Assembly: GCA_024704765.1 (NCBI GenBank)
Contig: JAKMXF010000325.1
Coordinates: forward strand, 275,739-339,738
DNA: 64,000 nt
From: Oopsacas minuta
Taxonomy: Eukaryota > Animalia > Porifera
Direction of reading: 5' to 3'
Both the position numbers and the translations under genes were made by a program. The notes under the pieces are model-generated. The model was not told the origin of the DNA, did not search any database, and was given only the letters and a program-made list of their open reading frames with translations. Of the stretch, positions 60,684 to 64,000 are shown piece by piece (positions within the stretch are counted from its first letter, which is position 1; each line of letters starts with the position of its first letter).

Positions 60684-61534
60684 TTAATGAGATATGTTGA
60701 TTTTTTGTATTCTGTGCATATGTATTTATGTCATGTAAATAATCACATACCTGAATAGTTATTAAACTACTGTTACATATGATTTTACACCTGTTAGAAG
60801 TTACACTTATTACCGAATATTTTAGAAGGGGAGTTTCACTATCCAGGTGGATAAAATATATAAGCGACGGCTACTTTGCTAGTAAGTATGGCATGACTAT
60901 GACCCACCTTCCCCGTACTAGGGTCCTTAATTAAAGGGAGCAAGAGGTGGTACATATTACTGTTCCTCAAGTTTATTACCTTTCACTCGTTGTATGATGG
61001 TTGTATTAGAAACCATAAACCATAAACAATGTCACAGAACCAAGTAACCATGTGAGGATTTTGACCAGGGTTTGAAACTACGAGGTTGGGTTTTATGTGT
61101 TTCACGTGTGCCGTGGGAAATAGGAATGTGTTTTTCCTTATGGAAATTCCTGTAGGAAACACAGTCCTATGGGAATCTGCTGGAAACCATATAGAAATCC
61201 TTAGAGAATCCTGTGGAAGTTCTAATGTAGAGTTTTGAAATTATTTTCAACTAAATACTACATGCCAATTTATGTGAATCCCTACATGTCCATTATACTC
61301 AGTGGGAAATCCGATGGGAAACTCCAAAGAGTTAGGAATGGGAATGGAAATTCCTTCCACGGCCAACCCTGAATATTACGTACTTTAACAGACATCTCCT
61401 ACTTCAAAATTCTGGATATAAACAAATCCAGCGATATAAACGTGCTAACAAATGTGATATTCGTCTTCTCTATATGGCCCTGCAAATACAGGTACTACAT
61501 GGTTCAAGTGCTTAGTAAAACACATCAAAAAGAG

Positions 61535-62533
61535 TTAGTGTTGAAGTTCTTTCAATAATTCATTAATTTCAAGATCAGAAAGACACAAATTTTCTTTCAT
61601 AAAGGCTTTACAAATTCTTTCTGCAACAATTATTGCTGTTTTCTCCCTTAACTCTTCAGACATTTCTGGCTTACTTGATGCCAATATTTTCATTTCTTTC
61701 ATGATAGTTTCATAATATATTTTAGTGACTTTCACGCCGTTATACTTCGATTTCAAACTTTCTCCAGAATTTTGTTTTAGGATTTCTTCTGTATTTCCAC
61801 ACAGCTGTTCTCTCCCTATCGCTGTGGTATCAGAATTGGGCTCTTGCCTTTGACCTGAAGTTTCGGTGTTTGGATTGTTTGCAGTCCAAACTTCCAGATT
61901 AATTGTTTTAGCAATCGTGACATCAATTTCAATAATCATCTCACTTACTCTTGCATGATTTTCCCTAAATATTTTCAATATTTCACTCAGATTGATTGTT
62001 TGATACAGTATCTTGGATAATTCGTATAATTTGGCTCGCTCTTTAAACCCTGGTTGAATGTGTTGACTTCCCAGATACTGTATGTGCCAAAATATTCCAT
62101 CTTTACATTGCATTCTTTTTGGAGTTTCAATATATTGTATTGCTAATAATAGAGCTTCAAATTGAGATCTTAATCTCTGTATAAATTCAAAACGAGCTGT
62201 ACTTTTGTTCGAATATCCAATCGATTCACTATTTGAATCGTATATTGTTAGTAAAGACTTAAATACCTTAATCTGACTAAAAAGTTCAATGTAGAGTTTG
62301 ATTCCTGATTGAATCTCTTCCTTCAAATTATTGAGATCAATCAGAAATGATTCTGTATTTATCTGAACCCTCTCACCAGCATACCAGTCCATAAGAAATT
62401 CTGTAAAAGTTTGTTTAGTTTCAAGGTTAGCGAATAGGTTAATGCAATAATTAATATCTGTTAACACATCGGTGTAGGCTGTTATGACATCTCTTTCACA
62501 AATATTCTTAACTGTCTGTTCATAGCTTGCCAT
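61535..62533 (-). CDS. Uncharacterised, predominantly alpha-helical-looking protein, intronless, 332 aa
   Basis: Long ATG-initiated ORF with no TM segments and no recognised motif. Confidence 0.75.
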   Translation of the reverse strand: MASYEQTVKNICERDVITAYTDVLTDINYCINLFANLETKQTFTEFLMDWYAGERVQINTESFLIDLNNLKEEIQSGIKLYIELFSQIKVFKSLLTIYDSNSESIGYSNKSTARFEFIQRLRSQFEALLLAIQYIETPKRMQCKDGIFWHIQYLGSQHIQPGFKERAKLYELSKILYQTINLSEILKIFRENHARVSEMIIEIDVTIAKTINLEVWTANNPNTETSGQRQEPNSDTTAIGREQLCGNTEEILKQNSGESLKSKYNGVKVTKIYYETIMKEMKILASSKPEMSEELREKTAIIVAERICKAFMKENLCLSDLEINELLKELQH

Positions 62534-62838
62534 CGAGAGGTGAGTTTAAGGTCTAAGTTTATATGTATAGTATCACCCGCTTAATGTATTCACTTCGGGA
62601 CAGGGTAGTGCCGATTACTTTTAAATGATTACTATAACATTTACAAAATAACAGTTAGGAATCGATATAATAATATATCAGGGTGTCACTAAATGTCAAT
62701 CATGTTCTGAAAAATATAGCTCATGGATCAAAACATGTATTTTCGTTAATGCAATTCAATTTGTAAACAACCATATTAGCTATAAATAATATTTACACAG
62801 AAATAGAACCAAAATAACAAAATTTCCATCAGTCATAA

Positions 62839-64000
62839 CATAGCCGTAGACAAGGAGGAAGGTTAGGCCCCCCTCAAATTTTGCATCATCAATTCCCGAA
62901 AATTCCTGAAAACTTCTGTGAAATTATGCTTTATTAATCATTCATGAAGTTATTCCGGATATCTTACAAATAAATTCATTTACTAATTCTTTCAATGGTA
63001 AACCGTTCGTTCTTTGTTTGCGCACATGAAGTAACAAGCACCAATTCCATCGTGCTTGGCATGTAGTTGTACGCAGCCAGGCCTTAAGTCTGCGGAGTGC
63101 GCTGAAACTTCTTTCACTTGTGGCATTAGTTGCTGGCATCACAAGAATTAATTCCACTATTTTGATTACCACCTCTGAGAAGAAAGATTTTTCTTTACAA
63201 TTCAAAGATTGGAGATAAATTATTATTGGTGGCAAATCCGTCAAAGCTGCCCCACTGCAATGCAAGAGTTTCAATTGCGTTTGAAGACGGTCTGCATGGG
63301 TAAAGTCATCTCCGTAGAATGCGATTATAGAACCAATCAAATCTGAATCACTGGCGTTTCTGAACTAGTAAGGGCTGTTTCTAAATTTTGGAGCATCTGG
63401 AATCCCTTCTGATCAGATCTGTCCTTGATAGATGCCATAGTTAGATCAATTATTTGAAAATAAATTTTTCTATAATGTTCCTTAACACTAGTTGGGTACT
63501 CTGTAGTATTTCCAACTATTTCATATTTTCTGGGGAGTCCTGACGAAGAAACCTCGATTGATGATCTTCTACATTCTACATACTTCCAAAACAAAGTGAA
63601 GTTAATCTCAGTTCTCATTTCAGGAGTGTAGAAAGCGTTGTCTTCACAAGGGTTTGTCCTTCATGTGCTGATATCGTTTTAGTTTGCAATGACCGAGACA
63701 CATTATCGGTCATGTTTAAGATTTTTCGTCCTAGTTCAACTCCAAAAAAGAATTCAAATTTTTCCATTTGTGCTGCAACTCCTCCAATCCTAGCTTTTAA
63801 TTCAGTATCTTTTGTTGCATATTTGCTACATTCCAAGTCAATTGTAGTACGTGATAATTCTCAGAGATGGAACTAAACGCTTCAGCTCTTACTGTCCATC
63901 TTGTTGGACATAGTATTCTAATCCCGGGAGAGCACTCTGAAATTTCATCTTTTAACTTGCTAAAGATTGCATCTCTTTTAGGCGATTTCTTAATTAGTTT
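62839..64000 (-). mobile_element. hAT (ZMYM1-like) transposase remnant, frameshifted, continuing past the window end
   Basis: LCPTRWTVR, RIGGVAAQMEKFEFFFG..L...L..TDNVSRSLQ, ELILVMPATNATSERSFSALRRLK.WLRTT. A probable terminus CATAGCCGTAG lies at 62839. Confidence 0.88.

Overview
AT-rich eukaryotic (animal) genomic DNA. The TRAF gene type, the many intronless genes and the repeat content suggest a sponge, possibly a glass sponge (Hexactinellida), but this is inference only. No prokaryotic features, rRNA, tRNA or CRISPR were found. From left to right: (1) two tandem, frameshifted TRAF-like zinc-finger pseudogenes (1-3.4 kb, +). (2) A complete 14-exon THOC2 gene (32995->3834, -), reconstructed by hand with consistent GT-AG phases (3951 nt, 1316 aa). 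Its 7.4-kb intron 6 hosts an intact antisense sugar-transporter gene and a 1310-bp mariner element. (3) Intronless RPL26 and BCD1/ZNHIT6-like genes (-). (4) A ~6.1-kb unit bounded by ~590-bp near-identical inverted repeats. It holds a decayed Mutator-like (MULE) transposase and an intact MATE transporter gene, and is a Pack-MULE-like candidate and the most notable structure here. (5) An orphan multi-TM ORF, an SLC18B1-like MFS pseudogene and RPIA. (6) A nested transposon pile at 54-59 kb: a Gypsy remnant lacking RT, a hAT element, a hAT MITE, a TGT..ACA/CCGG element and a Harbinger-like MITE. (7) A candidate 49-aa myristoylated single-TM microprotein, an orphan 332-aa ORF and a hAT transposase remnant at the right edge. 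Many MITEs and Helitron/Helentron-like repeats are dispersed throughout. All coordinates were read by eye, and ends of degenerate elements are approximate.
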